DNA of 64,000 nucleotides, from contig OX597830.1 of NCBI GenBank assembly GCA_951406725.2, forward strand, positions 61,628,001 to 61,692,000, given 5' to 3'. The notes beneath the pieces were generated by a model that worked only from the letters and a program-made list of their open reading frames with translations, had not been told where the DNA came from and made no database searches. Position 1 is the stretch's first letter, and each line of letters starts with the position of its first letter. A program made the position numbers and the translations under genes. Positions 27,803 through 42,239 of this stretch are shown here, piece by piece. This DNA is from Octopus vulgaris. Lineage: Eukaryota.

Positions 27803-28027
27803 AAGCTGGCAGAATCGTTAGCACGCCGGGCGAAATGCGTAGCTGTATTTCGTCTGCCTTTAGGTTCTGAGTTCAAATTCCGCCGAGGTCGACTTTGCCT
27901 TTCATCCTTTCGGGGTCGATAAATTAACTAACTGTTGCGCACTGTGGTCGATGTAATCGACTTAATACCTATGTCTGTCCTTGTTTGTCCCCTCTGTGTT
28001 TAGCCCCTTGTGGGTAGTAAAGAAATA
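27803..28027 (+). mobile_element. SINE family A
   Basis: Matches 1918-2148. Confidence 0.9.
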
Positions 28028-28429
28028 ATAATTATACGTGAATGTTCTTTTCTGTCCCAAATAGCTATATGAGACGTGTTTAGCAGGTAGTAAGGTAGAG
28101 GCTATGATCTGGATACATACTTTGATAAGTACGTATTCAATAGCAGGATTGCTGCTTATGTTTATCTCACGGCTGTCTTTTTTTAGGAACATCATATCGC
28201 AATGGCATTTTGGGGCAGCTGCTGATTATATAAATTATGTTCTCCACTGAAGTGTGACATAGCGTGACGTAACCGATATTTACGGTTGCATACTAGGGTC
28301 TTAAGAGTTTTATTATTTACTTTGACTAAAAGTTATGTCGCAGCTATTTCTAGCAATTGGATTGCAAAAGCATAAGCTTATAAACGTGAGGTGATATAGC
28401 ACCCATTGAGCCAAGACTAGGTACATTTA

Positions 28430-28872
28430 AGGCAGCGATCAGGCAGAATCGTTTGCACGCTGGGCGAAATATCTAGCGGCATTTCGTCCGCTTTACGTTC
28501 TGAGTTCAAATTCCGCTGAACTCGACTTTGCCTGTCATCTTTTCGGGATCGATAAAACGAGTACCAGTTGAGCACTGGGGTCGATGTAATTGACTTACCC
28601 CTTCACCTCAAACTGTTGGCCTTGTGCCAAACTTTGAAGTCAATATTACCATTCCCTAAGGCAGCGAGCTGGCAGAATCGTTACCGAGCCGGGAAAAGTG
28701 CTTACAAGTATTCTTCCGGCTTTACGTCTTGAGTTCAAATGCCACGGAGGTCTACTTAATCTTTCATGCTTCCAATGTCGATAAAATAAGTACCAGTTGA
28801 ACATTGGGTCGATGTAATCGACTTACCTCCTCATCCAAAATTGCGGGCCTCGAAACCAATATTAGCATTCCA
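28430..28872 (+). mobile_element. Two tandem, older family-A-related SINEs with a different 3' tail
   Basis: Heads at 28430 and 28659; both end ...CAATATTA(C/G)CATTCC. Confidence 0.8.
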
Positions 28873-29929
28873 TTCATGTTTTCTTTTTCTGACACAGAAT
28901 TTTTAACTTCCAAGTCGCTGTTGATGCATAGCTACTGCAGCACAACTGGGTTTATATGAGAGTTCACCAGGAAGTGAGTGCTTCTTGAGAGTATGCAGTC
29001 AGCTTGCTGGATGTAATTCACCTTTGAGCATTTGGTCAATTAATTTATTTTTGCTATTGTTGTTTATTTATCTGATTTCATACAAAACGTACAAGCTGTC
29101 TTCAGTCAGTAATATCATCTGAAACTCAACAGCTTTTTCTTCTTTTCTTCTGAGATAGAGGCTGTCGATATTATTCATTCTATGTTTGTTTGCAGTCTTC
29201 GAGAACAACTATTTGACGATCTAGTCAAAGCGGAAGTAAATGTGAAGAAGTAGGTACACAGGACGCAACTGAGTTTTCTTTGAAAGAGAATTCGATACAA
29301 CCATCATACGTTAATGAAATCTATCTTGAGCCCAATAACCAACAATGAGGTCAATGGGTGCCTTCCCATTATGCAGTTTTCCCACAACATTGATGAATGT
29401 TAGTGTCGATAAAAGTAGTTTTACTATTGATGTTATAACACCATTCTTGCTTGGTTATATTTAACCATATTGTATTCTGATTAAAATTTTTCCTGTCATT
29501 CCAGGTTTTAGATGAAAATGATTTAAAATATTCCTGCGAAATGGCTCTTTCTACTAAGACATTACTTCCCTTCATCCTCCTGTCGACAGCTTGTGGATTA
29601 GAAACAAATTTGTGGTTAATATTTCTTGTTCTATTATTTTCTTTTTCCATAACGGAATTTTTCACACTAGGAGTTTCCAGTTCTTGTTTCACCGTTATTA
29701 AGCCCAGTTCCCTTTCTGTTGTTGGTGTACTGTGAACTTATTTTTGTTTTATACTTTACAATGATTTTTAACCGTCTAGTATTCACGCATCGATCGAATA
29801 TATTTTCCTCTTCTATCATTACTGACGTAGATTGCATAATGTTGAATTGTTTCATTACTACAACTGCCGTATTGGCAAACAAATTTGCCAATCATGAAAC
29901 AAAGTAAAATATTTTTTTAATATAATAAC

Positions 29930-30715
29930 TAATCAAACACTTATCTTAAGCAAAAGGCAACCACAAAATCTAAAGAAACTATTAACAAAGGCAAAAGTCA
30001 ACATGAACAAATAGGTTGAAACATTCACAGTATCCAGGTGTAATGATAACCTGTGTAACGTGTCGATACATTCATACGGGTAGATTCATTAGAACAAAAA
30101 ATAGACAGATTTTCACAAATGCAGATATGAACTGCAAAAGCAGAAATTTGATCTACTGCATTAAATACCCTAATTGCGAGGAACTATACATTGGCATGAC
30201 AAGGAATGCATTATCGGAACCCTCACGAGTTCACAGACAACAAATCCGAAAGGCTAATGTTCGTCAAATTTCATTGAGCGAACATATAGAAGCATGTGGT
30301 CAGAAAATGTTTCTAATTTTTCATTTCCACAAACTACATGACAGGAGTGAGGTTGGAAGAAAAATAAAGGGAAAATGTTTCATTAAAATGTTCAAACCTG
30401 TTCTGAACAGAAATAACAACAATAATATAACCACCAGTTTATGATGTGGATGAAAAAATATCTTTAACATATGAATATAAGAAAATGGCAGAAGACTTCC
30501 ACAGATTGAAATAAAAACGATCGAAACCAACTAAGATTATTCACTCATAAAACCATCACATGTAAACCACAAGTTAATTGGTTAAAATAAAGGCAGGATC
30601 TATACCAGTAATATCGGTGTGCCAGGAAAATTGCGACGTTTAAGCTGCACAGGGATTGGTCAAAACTATATTCCAAAACTTCAGCTGGTCAGAGCCTTCT
30701 AAAAAGTATAAAAAG
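29930..30715 (+). mobile_element. Penelope-like element 3' part: linker, Cys motif, GIY-YIG endonuclease and 3' UTR
   Basis: SKRQPQNLKKLLTKAK, CVTC, NCKSRNLIYCIKYPNCEELYIGMT...HRQQI...HIEAC...FIKMFKPVLN. Confidence 0.9.
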
Positions 30716-30907
30716 AATAAAAAGAATAAAAAGTATATATATATATTATTTTATGTATTATTATTTTTGAAAAATACAACCTGGGACAAGAACGTAAAAC
30801 ATTTAGAAGACGATACAAAAAACACGGACGGGACATTCGAAGCCTTCAATCTTCAGTCAAGAACCGGATCATCGTAGCAATTTCGGCTGATTATATATAT
30901 ATATATA

Positions 30908-31708
30908 TCTGTTGAATAAAGTTACAACATCGTCTGGTTTTCAATTTTTGTATTACTGTATTTCAAAAGAAATTTTTACAATGTTGAAGTGTGTTGAACA
31001 TAAAAAAAAGTATTTAGTAATGTTCATAAAGTTGAATTAGCGCTTTCATACGTTCGTAGTATTCATCAGATTTCAAAATGTATTGACTGACAGTTGAGCT
31101 GAGTGCTTGACAAATGTAGTAAAATGACTGATTTCTTCCTTTTCCTTTTTATACTTTTTAGAAGGCTCTGACCAGCTGAAGTTTTGGAATATAGTTTTGA
31201 CCAATCACTGTGCAGCTTAAACGTCGCAATTTTCCTGGCACACCGATATTACTGGTATAGATCCTGCCTTTATTTTAACCAATTAACTTGTGGTTTACAT
31301 GTGATGGTTTTATGAGTGAATAATCTTAGTTGGTTTCGATCGTTTTTATTTCAATCTGTGGAAGTCTTCTGCCATTTTCTTATATTCATATGTTAAAGAT
31401 ATTTTTTCATCCACATCATAAACTGGTGGTTATATTATTGTTGTTATTTCTGTTCAGAACAGGTTTGAACATTTTAATGAAACATTTTCCCTTTATTTTT
31501 CTTCCAACCTCACTCCTGTCATGTAGTTTGTGGAAATGAAAAATTAGAAACATTTTCTGACCACATGCTTCTATATGTTCGCTCAATGAAATTTGACGAA
31601 CATTAGCCTTTCGGATTTGTTGTCTGTGAACTCGTGAGGGTTCCGATAATGCATTCCTTGTCATGACAATGTATAGTTCCTCGCAATTAGGGTATTTAAT
31701 GCAGTAGA
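30908..31708 (-). mobile_element. Inverted copy of the same Penelope-like 3' end (arm 31145-31708), extending to a hammerhead and (TA)n
   Basis: 31145-31708 is the reverse complement of 30152-30715 with about 2 differences seen. Confidence 0.9.
31032..31076 (-). ncRNA. Minimal type I hammerhead motif
   Basis: Minus strand AAT-CTGATGA-ATAC tacgaac GTAT-GAAA-GCGC-TA-ATT. Confidence 0.9.
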
Positions 31709-32288
31709 ACATTATAGTAGGTTTGAGAAAAAACCGAGTTTCATTGGGAAAGTAAATCCTCATATGCGTATATGGTATTGCAAGACTCCAAAGCAAATCG
31801 TCCATACCGTTTTTTCAATGCACATACACATACTCGTGTACAATTGTGCGAGTATACATTCAAATAATTTGTTAAATCATCTGATAAGGTTTTAATAACA
31901 GGTAGAGTTGTGGTCGCTGATTTATTTATTTATCTATTTGTTTCTATATTTTACAAGCAAGAATATATCTGCATTGCATTGCTCCGCACTTAGACACGTA
32001 TTAATATTTTGATATATAGCAGATAGGTTTAAATAGTCTAGTCGGATGTGCATTTGGAGACCCCGCTAAACTTGCCATTAAGCATATTTTGGTAAACAGG
32101 AATACTTTCAGTGCAATCATTTATTCCCCTGTTATTTATGATCATTGCCAGGCATCATTATAACGGCTACATGAATCGTAATGATCTGCAAATCATCATT
32201 TAAAAGTTGCAATTTAAAGGATACGTCCAAATAGAATTCAAATTTTCTTCCCTTCAATGAACTTCAAATCTCGTTTCTAGATCGTTAA

Positions 32289-32378
32289 TGTCTGATGACA
32301 AAATATAGTTATTTCAACTGCGTTTATAACTATATTCTCAAACGCTATTTTGTCCTATAGCACATTACTAGCGTTACA
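32289..32378 (+). ncRNA. Degenerate hammerhead (GAAA changed to CAAA)
   Basis: TGT-CTGATGA-caaAATATAGTTAT...ATAACTATATTct-CAAA-CGCTA...TAGCG-TT-ACA, followed by (TA)n. Confidence 0.55.
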
Positions 32379-32977
32379 AATATATATATATCCATCTGTG
32401 TATTGTCCTTAATAGAAATATAATACGAAAGGCAAATTAAGTGTAGTCTCATCCTGGAAATAATATCTTTTACGGACGTGCTATGTGTAAAAACATTAAT
32501 ATTATCAGTAGCAAACGAAAATGATCAAGCAGTGGTGGTGAAAATGATAGATGTGCATTTCTGATTTTTTTACTTTGCCTGAAGCAAGTATCCATTGGAA
32601 AGCATATACTAAAGCAAAATCCAACGTTACTGATAGAGGAAAATTGTGATTGAAAAATCGTTGATGTTGGAGTTAGCCGCCAGGGTAATCTCTTAAGCTA
32701 CTGACAAAACCTTTAGATGCAGAAATGCGCTTCTAGCTTTCTCATTACTACTGCTGAGCGATTTTCCGCTGCTACTGATAAATTTGTGTTTTTAACCATA
32801 GAACGTTCGTAAGAGATATTATCTCCGGACGAATACCGCAATTAATTTGCGGTGATGTATTCGCATTAAGAGTGATACACAGATGCCTATTTTAATGTAA
32901 GACTGCTTCTGTTGCATATAACATATTTTTATATATGCATATTTATATCCATATACATACATATATACATACACACG

Positions 32978-33041
<64 letters not shown>

Positions 33042-33671
33042 CACACAAAATTGATACATAGATAGATATACTGATGGCGTCCGCTGGCGGATAGTCAATC
33101 ATTTGTTCATAATATTTTGTAGGATTAGAAGCTTGAATTCCTAATTAATGAATAAGGTAAAAGACGTAGAGAATACACATATTCATTTTTTTTTATTGTT
33201 TACTCGTTTCAATGTGTGTGTCTGTCTGCATGTATATAGACATATACATACGTGTGCGTGTGTGTGTATGTGTGTGCGTATGTATTATGTATGTATGAAT
33301 GTATGTATGTATGTATGTATGTATGTATGTATGTATGTATGTATGTATGTATGTATGTATGTACGTTTGTATATTCAAATTTAATCCGAAATCATTTGAA
33401 GTTTGACTATGTTTGGGCTGCTTTTATTCTATTCATATCATGTTGAAAACAACCTGGCGGGAATTATGAATTTTACATTTGGCTATACATGGATATGTAG
33501 AAAATACGAAGTAATACAAATACGGATTTTGTAGTCCTCTGTAAATATTCTTATGAATAATTACTAAAGCGATACTATTAATGGAGAATCTTCACTGGTG
33601 CTTAATATATGCTTTCGTTGTGAGGCGATTTTACTGTGGAGAAGATGTGTAAACTATTGTAGACACACACA

Positions 33672-33822
33672 CACGGCTGTATGGCGATCTTGAGTTCAAA
33701 CGTAAAGCGCATGACTTTGGACATGTGTCTTCTACTATACCTGGGTTGAGCAAAGCCTTGTGAGTGAGTTTGGTGAACGGAAATTAAAAGAAGCACGCCG
33801 TAGATATATATATATATATATA
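33672..33822 (-). mobile_element. Diverged SINE family B 5' part
   Basis: Read on the plus strand as CTTTGGACATGTGTCTTCTACTATA...AAAGCCTTGTGAGTGAGTTTGG; orientation call tentative, sequence matches the plus-strand family B layout. Confidence 0.5.
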
Positions 33823-33830
33823 CAGAGAGA

Positions 33831-33868
<38 letters not shown>

Positions 33869-33940
33869 CAGAGACAGGGAGAGAGATATAGATAGCTTGA
33901 TAGACTGACAGACAGACAGACAGATAGATAGATACATAGG

Positions 33941-34088
<148 letters not shown>

Positions 34089-34093
34089 CAGAC

Positions 34094-34156
<63 letters not shown>

Positions 34157-34390
34157 CTTACATACATGTATGCATCCATGCATACATGCGCGCGCACACA
34201 CATACATAACACGATGATGGATGTCTACAGGGTTTAATGGTAGATCACGACGTACGTTTCTGCACACCATATCACCTTTAAGGTGCAAGGTTCATATTCA
34301 TATAGCATTATATAAGGTTCCTCTTAATAACTATGTATTTAAATATTGTTTAACTACAGGTGCAAGTAGCCGCTTCATCGAGTGAAGCCC

Positions 34391-34407
34391 CATATACGTA
34401 CATACAC

Positions 34408-34491
<84 letters not shown>

Positions 34492-34548
34492 GTGTATGTA
34501 TATATATATATATGTTATCAATAATAAAGAGCATATACGTACATACAC

Positions 34549-34607
<59 letters not shown>

Positions 34608-34651
34608 ATGTATATATATATATATATATATGTTATCAATAATAAAGAGCA
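34391..34651. repeat. Tandem duplication of a (TA)n-containing unit
   Basis: CATATACGTACATACACATATTA...TGTTATCAATAATAAAGAGC occurs twice. Confidence 0.85.
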
Positions 34652-34984
34652 AGAATGATGGGATGGAAATGTGGTTTTTTGCATTGTTCATATCTAACTC
34701 CGAAACGCGTCCACAGTTAATCAAATTGCCGGATGAATTCGTTGTTTTTTTTTCTTTTTGCCTACGTGGATTGTTTTGGAGTATATGTTATCTGGGAAAT
34801 TTTCTTATGGTAGAGAAATAGCTAGTTTTTTTGGGGCTGCTATTTCTAAATTTCGGTGAAGCAAATATTTTTGCTGAACCCTAATTATAATTATAATCAT
34901 AATTATAAAAATCATATATATATATATTACGTTTATGTATTCGTTTTACAAAATTCTTGATGTGAACTCGTGTGTTGAAACAGA

Positions 34985-35385
34985 TATTGTTGTATTTGGG
35001 GATGGTCATATTACCAATTCAGCCAGTGAAAACACATGCACTATATATTTGGTTTTCACTTGCTTCAGATTTATTTCATATTAATTGTATTTCGGCCAAA
35101 GTTCTTTCGCCACACTTCTGTGACCTCATCAGTGGTCCTTTGCTTTCTTCTTTCTTTTTTGTGTCTCTCCTTCGTAATAAAATGGCAGATCGTTTGGAAG
35201 GAGGGACACAAAAAAGAAAGAAAAAAGCAAAGGACCACTGATGAGGTCACAAAAGTGTGAAGAAAGAACTCTGGCCGAAATATAATTAATATGAAATAAA
35301 TCTGAAGCAAGTGAAAACCAAATATATAGTGCGTGTGTTTTCATTGGCTAAACTGGCAATATGACCATCCCCAAATACAATAATA
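34985..35385. mobile_element. Fold-back element with ~190-bp arms and a hammerhead core in each arm
   Basis: 34985-35173 is the reverse complement of 35197-35385; CTGATGA-GGTCA...TGGCC-GAAA at 35238-35280; helices I and III weak; (TA)n nearby on both sides. Confidence 0.8.
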
Positions 35386-35421
35386 TATATATATTCGTAT
35401 ACTTATAACGAATCTCCTCAA

Positions 35422-35510
<89 letters not shown>

Positions 35511-35534
35511 TGTATGTATTTATTTATTTATTTA

Positions 35535-36058
35535 TAGAGCGTTTGAAGTGGTGTATGGCATGTCAGACCTTGACTACTGGGGTAGACTAGAGAAGCTGAA
35601 ACTGTATTCACTCCAACGACGCCGTGAACGCTACATTATCTGTATGATGTGAAAAATATTCCATCAGTACTGTCCGAATGATGTTGGCATCACCTTCAAA
35701 ATACATTCAAGGCTTGGACCACGTGCCATCCGTCCACAACAAAAATCTAAATCGCATCACATAACGACAATACGGCACAATTATTTCACCTCAATTGGAC
35801 CCGCTCTCTTCAACATTACACCAGGACACATCAAAACAGAAACTGACCACACAAAATTCAAGAAGTGTTTGGACAAATTCCTTCAAACAGTCCCGGACAA
35901 ACCACCCACATCCGGATATGTCTCCGCAAACAATAACTCTCTGCTCGAATGGGCCTCGGTGCCCAAATCCTGAATTGAAAGACTTAGCCAGGTGGTGCTA
36001 TTAAGTTAGACATGGCCTGGGCCAATACTGGCCAAAACCTTTCTAAGTTATTCTAAGT
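35535..36058 (+). mobile_element. CR1-like LINE 3' end
   Basis: DYWGRLEKLKLYSLQRRRERY...FKKCLDKFL; (TTCTAAG) tail repeats. Confidence 0.8.
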
Positions 36059-36128
36059 TTGTATATTAAGGAAAAGTGGCAGTCAGAATTTTGGATAATT
36101 CTTTATTAGCGTTTTCATTCACCTAACC

Positions 36129-36470
36129 CAGTGGTTCTCAACTGCTGTCCATATGGCCTCTGAGTGTCCATATATGACTTTTGGGAGTCCAGACAACAAA
36201 ATAGCACATCAGGAATCCACAGTAGTATTTTAAGGGCCCCTGAAAAAAGTGTTGTTTTATATGTAGCGGTATTCATTGCAAGAAACGGCTAGGTTTCTTT
36301 AACATTTTACATAATTAAACCTAAGCAAATTAATGTGTGGAAAACAAAATAGGAATTTTGAAAGACGTTTCTATAAAACTGGTTCTTAAACATCGAATGG
36401 CTATGGAGGGGTCCACCAGAATAAAATATTAATCAAAGCTCTATGGATAAAATAAGGTTGAGAAGCCCTG
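36129..36470. mobile_element. hAT MITE
   Basis: TIRs CAGTGGTTCTCAAC / GTTGAGAAGCCCTG; imperfect 8-bp TSD ACCTAACC / GTCTAACC. Confidence 0.8.
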
Positions 36471-36872
36471 GTCTAACCGAACTCTTCAAGAACAATTAAA
36501 ACCAAAATCATATTAGAACGTTTCTTCGTCGTTTATATTAATCGAAAATTGGATGATTTCTTTTTGTTTTTTGTTTTGTTTTGGTTTTTTTTGTTGTTGT
36601 TTGGTTTAGAAGAGGAGAAAAATCTGTTGTTCGGTGAAAGGGAGAAAGAGAGGAAGCGGGACAATTGAGAAAGAGAAAGAAAAGCAAAGAAGGGGACAAG
36701 ATAGACAGAGAGAATGATGTTTCTTTTCCATTATATTGTATCGATGTGGTCAACCAATTGAAATTTAATTACAATTCAAGATGTTATTCTTGATTCAGTC
36801 ATTGTTTCCGAAAGCATCTTTTCTCTCTCTCCTTTTTCCTCTCATTATATACATATCGACATATTTGTAGAT

Positions 36873-37101
36873 ATATTTCTTTACTGCCCACAAGGAGGTT
36901 AAACATAGAGGGGGACAAACAAGGACAGACGAAGGGATTGAGTCGATTATATCGCCCCCAGTGCGAAACTGGTACTTTATTTATCGACCCCGAAAGGATG
37001 AAAGGCAAAGTCGACCTCGGCGCAATTTGAACTCAGAATGTAAAGACAGACAAAATACTGCCAAGCATTTTGCCCGGCGCGCTAACGTGTCTGCCAGCTC
37101 A
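36873..37101 (-). mobile_element. SINE family A
   Basis: Reverse complement of family A. Confidence 0.9.
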
Positions 37102-37293
37102 CATTTCCTCATCATATACGTATTTTTGTGAATAAGGAAGGATGGAGAGGAGGAGAGTAGAAGGTATTGGCTAAATGACCTTTCAAAATGTCGATTTTAC
37201 GAAGAAGGTTGGGAAAGGTAAGAAAAAAGGAAAAAGCAGAAGAAAATGAAGGGGAAAGACAGGAGCTTCTTTTAAATTATATTTTATTGGTAT

Positions 37294-37660
37294 ACTCTTT
37301 TACCTGTTTCAGTCATTTGACTACGGCCATGCTGGAGCACCGCCTTTAGTCGAGCAAATCGACCCCGGAACTTATTCTTTGTAAGCCCAGTACTAAATCT
37401 ATCGGTCTCTTTTGCCGAACTGCTAAGTAACGGGGACGTAAACACACCAGCATCGGTTGTCAAGCAATGCTAGGGGGACAAACACACACACACACATACA
37501 ACATATATATATATATACATATATACGACGGGCTTCTTTCAGTTTCCGTCTACCAAATCCACTCACAAGGCATTGGTCGGCCCGGGCCTATAGCAGAAGA
37601 CACTTGCCCTAGATGCCACGCAGTGGGACTGAACCCGGAACCATGTGGTTGGTTAGCAAG
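37294..37660 (-). mobile_element. SINE family B
   Basis: Reverse complement of family B. Confidence 0.9.
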
Positions 37661-37854
37661 GTCAAGATTCCTGATTTGCTATTTTGTTGTCTAGACTCCC
37701 CAAAAAGTTTAATTACAATTCAAGATATTGTTCTTGGTTCAGTCATTGTTTTCGAAAGCATCCCTTCTTTTTTTTTCTTTTTTCTTCTCTCATTCTACAC
37801 ATAATATGTTAGTGAATATATAAATATATACTAGGATTAAAGAAATATCTGTGA

Positions 37855-37896
<42 letters not shown>

Positions 37897-37902
37897 ATAT
37901 AT

Positions 37903-38114
37903 ACTCTTTTACTCTTTTAATTGTTTCAGTCATTTGACTGTGGCCATGCTGGAGCACTGCCTTTAGTCGAGCAAATCGACCTCAGGACTTATTCTTTGTA
38001 AGCCTTGTACTTATTCCATCGGTCTCTTTTGCCGAACCGCTAATGTTACGGGAACGTAAACGCACCAGCATCGGTTGTCAAGCGATTTTGGAGGACAAAC
38101 ATAGGCACACAAAC

Positions 38115-38167
<53 letters not shown>

Positions 38168-38339
38168 CATAAATACGACGGGCTTCTTTCAGTTTCCATC
38201 TACCAAATCCACTCACAAGGCTTTGTCGGCCCGAGGTTATAGTAGAAGACACTTGCCCAATGTGCCACGCAGTGGGACTGAACCCGGAACCATGTGGCTG
38301 GTAAGCAAGCTACTTACTACACAGCCGCTCCTACGCCTA
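37903..38339 (-). mobile_element. SINE family B
   Basis: Full length. Confidence 0.9.
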
Positions 38340-38796
38340 TGTTTGTTTAGAAGAGGAGAAAGGAGAGCGATACATATAAATATGTTTGTGGGTATACACA
38401 TATTTCGAGGAATGAGAAAAGTGATTCTTAAGTGAGAGCAGTTTCCATTTTGAAGTATGAAATAAATTTAAAGTGTCCAAAGCCCAATGAAAACGTAAAT
38501 TTATTCTAATACTGATTGCTTTTAAAATGGTAATGCTAGGAGAAGGCCAAGCTGGAGCATTCAAGTGCTTGCATTATTTCTCCCCAGTTGTGTTAGCTGA
38601 GCACAGCGCCTGTGTGAGCTTGCTACGTAGTGTTCATAATTTGTTTCATTTGAAGGGGATGTTCATGCATATTGTCTCCACTTCTCTTTCCAAAGTTTAG
38701 TTTTCGTGAGGAATTCTTGATAAAATGCAGTTCTGTTGCCTTTGAGAACTTTGGGTCATAACTAAAGAATTTGTAGAAAGAGATTTTAAATATATA

Positions 38797-39020
38797 TATT
38801 TCTTTACTACCCACAAGGAGCTAAACACAGAGGGGACAAACAAGGACAGACAAAGGGATTAAGTCGATTACATCGACCCCAGTGCGTAACTGGTACTTAA
38901 TTTATCGACCCCGAAAGGATGAAAGGCAAAGTCGACCTCGGCGGAATTTGAACTCGGAACGTATCGACAGACGAAATACGCCTACGCATTTCACCCGGCG
39001 TGCTAACGTTTCTGCCAGCT
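38797..39020 (-). mobile_element. SINE family A
   Basis: Reverse complement of family A; followed by a family B 3' fragment (+) at 39063-39245. Confidence 0.9.
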
Positions 39021-39057
39021 ACATAGACACACACACACACACACACACACAGAAACA

Positions 39058-39088
<31 letters not shown>

Positions 39089-39481
39089 TGTTCCCCACCT
39101 CCGTGACGTTCAGCAAAGAGCCCGATAGAATAAGCGGCAGGCTTTAAAAAATCTGTACTGGGTTCAATCCATTCGAGTAAGAATTCTTCAAGGTGGTACC
39201 TCAGCATTGCCGCAGTCTTAAGACTGAAACAAAGAAAAGATAAAAGAAATCAGTGTTTGGCAGTCAAATCTTTTTCACTATATATGACTTCACGACATTA
39301 GCTCTTGTCACGTGATCACATAACCGTTTTTAATCTCAATGTAGCATTTCGAGACATGAACTCCCGTTACAAAATACGTCGCCACCCATAACACAGAGGA
39401 GAGAAAAATCAATGAGTGCAAGGGTTTCAGTTTGTGCCAGTTGCCGTTGAGACGTCAGTTGTTCTCGGACGCCATACCTAC

Positions 39482-39710
39482 TTCTTTATTACCCTCAAGG
39501 GGCTAAACACAGAAGGGACGAACAAGGACAGACATAAGTATTAAGTCGATTACATCGACCCCAGTGAGTAACTGGTACTTAGTTTATCGACCCCGAAAGG
39601 ATGAAAGGCAAAGTCGACCTCGGCGGAATTTGAACCCAGAACATAACGGTAGACGAAATACCGCTAAGCATTTCGCCCGACGTGCTAACGCTTCTGCCAG
39701 CTCACCGCCT
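39482..39710 (-). mobile_element. SINE family A
   Basis: Reverse complement of family A. Confidence 0.9.
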
Positions 39711-40024
39711 TATAGGACTCCATACCACAGATTTGCTCCACAAAATAGAGGTAGCGGCAGCCCGTCAGAAAAATGAGTCGCGCGAGCTGGAGTGGCTACT
39801 GCAGCAAGTGTTGCTAGCCATTCTCCGTCGCAACACCATTGTGGGCATTACTGCGGAGCGCAGCTGAGTGTAACTCTTGTTCTGGGATGTGTGGAGATCA
39901 TCGCTCCTCCCCCTCCGTCTTTCGCTGCCTTGTCCCCCACTTTTTCTCCATTCTTCTTTTCTTGTCTTTTTCATCGTTTTAAACTTCATACCAGTAAATA
40001 AAATCAAAGGAATTTTTTTTTCAA

Positions 40025-40451
40025 AGGCGTAGGAGTGGCTGTGTGGTAAGTAGCTTGCTTACCGACCGCATGGTTCCGGGTTCAGTCCCACTGCGTGGCA
40101 CCTTGGGCAAGTGTCTTCTGATATAACCTCGGGCCGACCAAAGCCTTGTGAGTGGATTTGGTAGACGGAAACTGAAAGAAGCACACACACAACAATATAT
40201 GTATATATGTGTGTGTGTGTGCGTATGCGTGTGTGTGTGTGTGTGTGTGTGTCTATGTTTGCCCCCCCCCCCACATCGCTTGACAACTGATGCTGGTGTG
40301 TTTAGGTCCCCGTAACTTAGTGGTTCGGCAAAAGAGACCGATAGAATAAGTACTAGGCTTACAAAGAATAAGTCCTGGGGTCGATTTGCTCGACTAAAAT
40401 GGTGGTGCTCCAGCATGGCCGCAGTCAAATGACTGAAACATGTAAAAGAGT
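40025..40451 (+). mobile_element. SINE family B
   Basis: Full length. Confidence 0.9.
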
Positions 40452-41076
40452 ATGTCAGTATAAACATGATTTTCACTAACTCCAACAAATACGTATCAAA
40501 GACAAGAAACACTGTCCATTTTACCAAAAATACAAAACAATAATTTGTATCTTGAATCTTTAATGACACCAAAATTAAACCTGTCCGTTGTCTATAACAG
40601 CTCATCAGACTATTTCATTTCTTCAATCTTCTCTCTGAAATGTAATATCAGCACGTGTGTAGAATATACTCTCCCCGACACTCATATATCTCATTTGAAT
40701 ATCAGCAGTAAAGGCTTAGCATTTCCCCTCCGACTCCTCTAGTTACATCTGTTTCTCTTTTCATTCGCCGAAATCTTCGAACACCTCCGAATCCTTGAAC
40801 GTATCTCTTCTTACACTGGGTACAAGTATTTCACTTCACTACTAGAATGAGGATCAGAAACTAGAAATTCCGAATACCAACTCCCACAGATTCAGCTTCG
40901 AAGAGATATCATTCCACTCAAATTAATAGTATTGAGTACACCGTCGCTTATTACATCTCACTCTTAGCAGTATGACACTATTATTGTATGTGTGTGTGTG
41001 TGTATACACGTATAGTCTGTGTGTTTGTATGTGCGTCTGTCTGTATGTATATGTACACAGATATTCATAGATTAAG

Positions 41077-41121
<45 letters not shown>

Positions 41122-41660
41122 ATTCAGGCACACCGGAACAGATCCGAATATATTCCATCAATGAAGTAATCACTTGCAACGAGACATAAGCTCTCTGGGG
41201 AAAAACATAACGTTCGACCTCTGAGTCAAGAGAAAATTACGATTTATTAAATGTTTCTAGACAAATCGATAAACAATGATTGACTCAAACAACATAACAA
41301 AACAAAAGCTAAGAATACTTTATAGATTGAACATGAGTAATACAGGAGCTTCATTTTCTTGAAGAGACAATGTTTTAGAATAAAACTCATTATGCTGCGT
41401 TAGAATAGTGGACCTTGATTTAAAATGATCGACTGCTGTAGTCCGGCATTAGAACATAATCAGCAGCTATTTCCGGCTTATTAGGCCAAGATAATATTTG
41501 AAACAAGGATGTTACCACTGAAACTGCTAAACTGATATTGATATTCTGAGGTATCTTACAATTACGTCTGCAGAAATTGTCAATATTTATGATTATTTTT
41601 TTTACTGAAGTGGAAAGTATGCTTTGCACACATGCACGCACTCTCTTGCGGTCTAATCTC

Positions 41661-41740
<80 letters not shown>

Positions 41741-41945
41741 GCGCGCGCACAGGCAGGCATACACTCATAATACAGCTGAGAGTGTAGAAGCTTGGCAAGT
41801 AGTACATGTATCGTGAATCCACATTCCTATCAAGCATTTCGGTGCTTTCTAGAGAAAACCTATATTCCAGACATTCCAGAGACCTCATTTCACTGTTATG
41901 AAAAATAGGCATTAAATATATACTTTATGTATGTATGTACGTATG

Positions 41946-42007
<62 letters not shown>

Positions 42008-42239
42008 TGTCTGTCTGTCTGTGTGTATGTACGTATGTATGTGTATATACATAAATATATGTATGTATATATATGTATGTGTGTATGTATATATATATAT
42101 GTGTGTGTGTATGTGTGTGTGTGTATGTATATATATACGTATGTATATGTATACGTATGTATATATATTTGATGCGATGGGTAAATTGGCGCCTTTTCAT
42201 ATTTATAATTGCACGCATGCGCATTGTTTATTTTTGATT

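Noticed and set aside
29369-29907. ORFs upstream of the Penelope fragment as its RT
   Set aside because: No RT motifs recognisable in the given translations
39715-39867. Possible non-LTR restriction-like endonuclease tail (LEWLLQQVLLAILRRN)
   Set aside because: Too short to assign with confidence
40575-40612. CTGATGA on the minus strand; similar lone cores at ~4428, ~29099, ~48325, ~54539 and ~61101
   Set aside because: No properly placed GAAA or no pairing helix I; chance matches or too decayed
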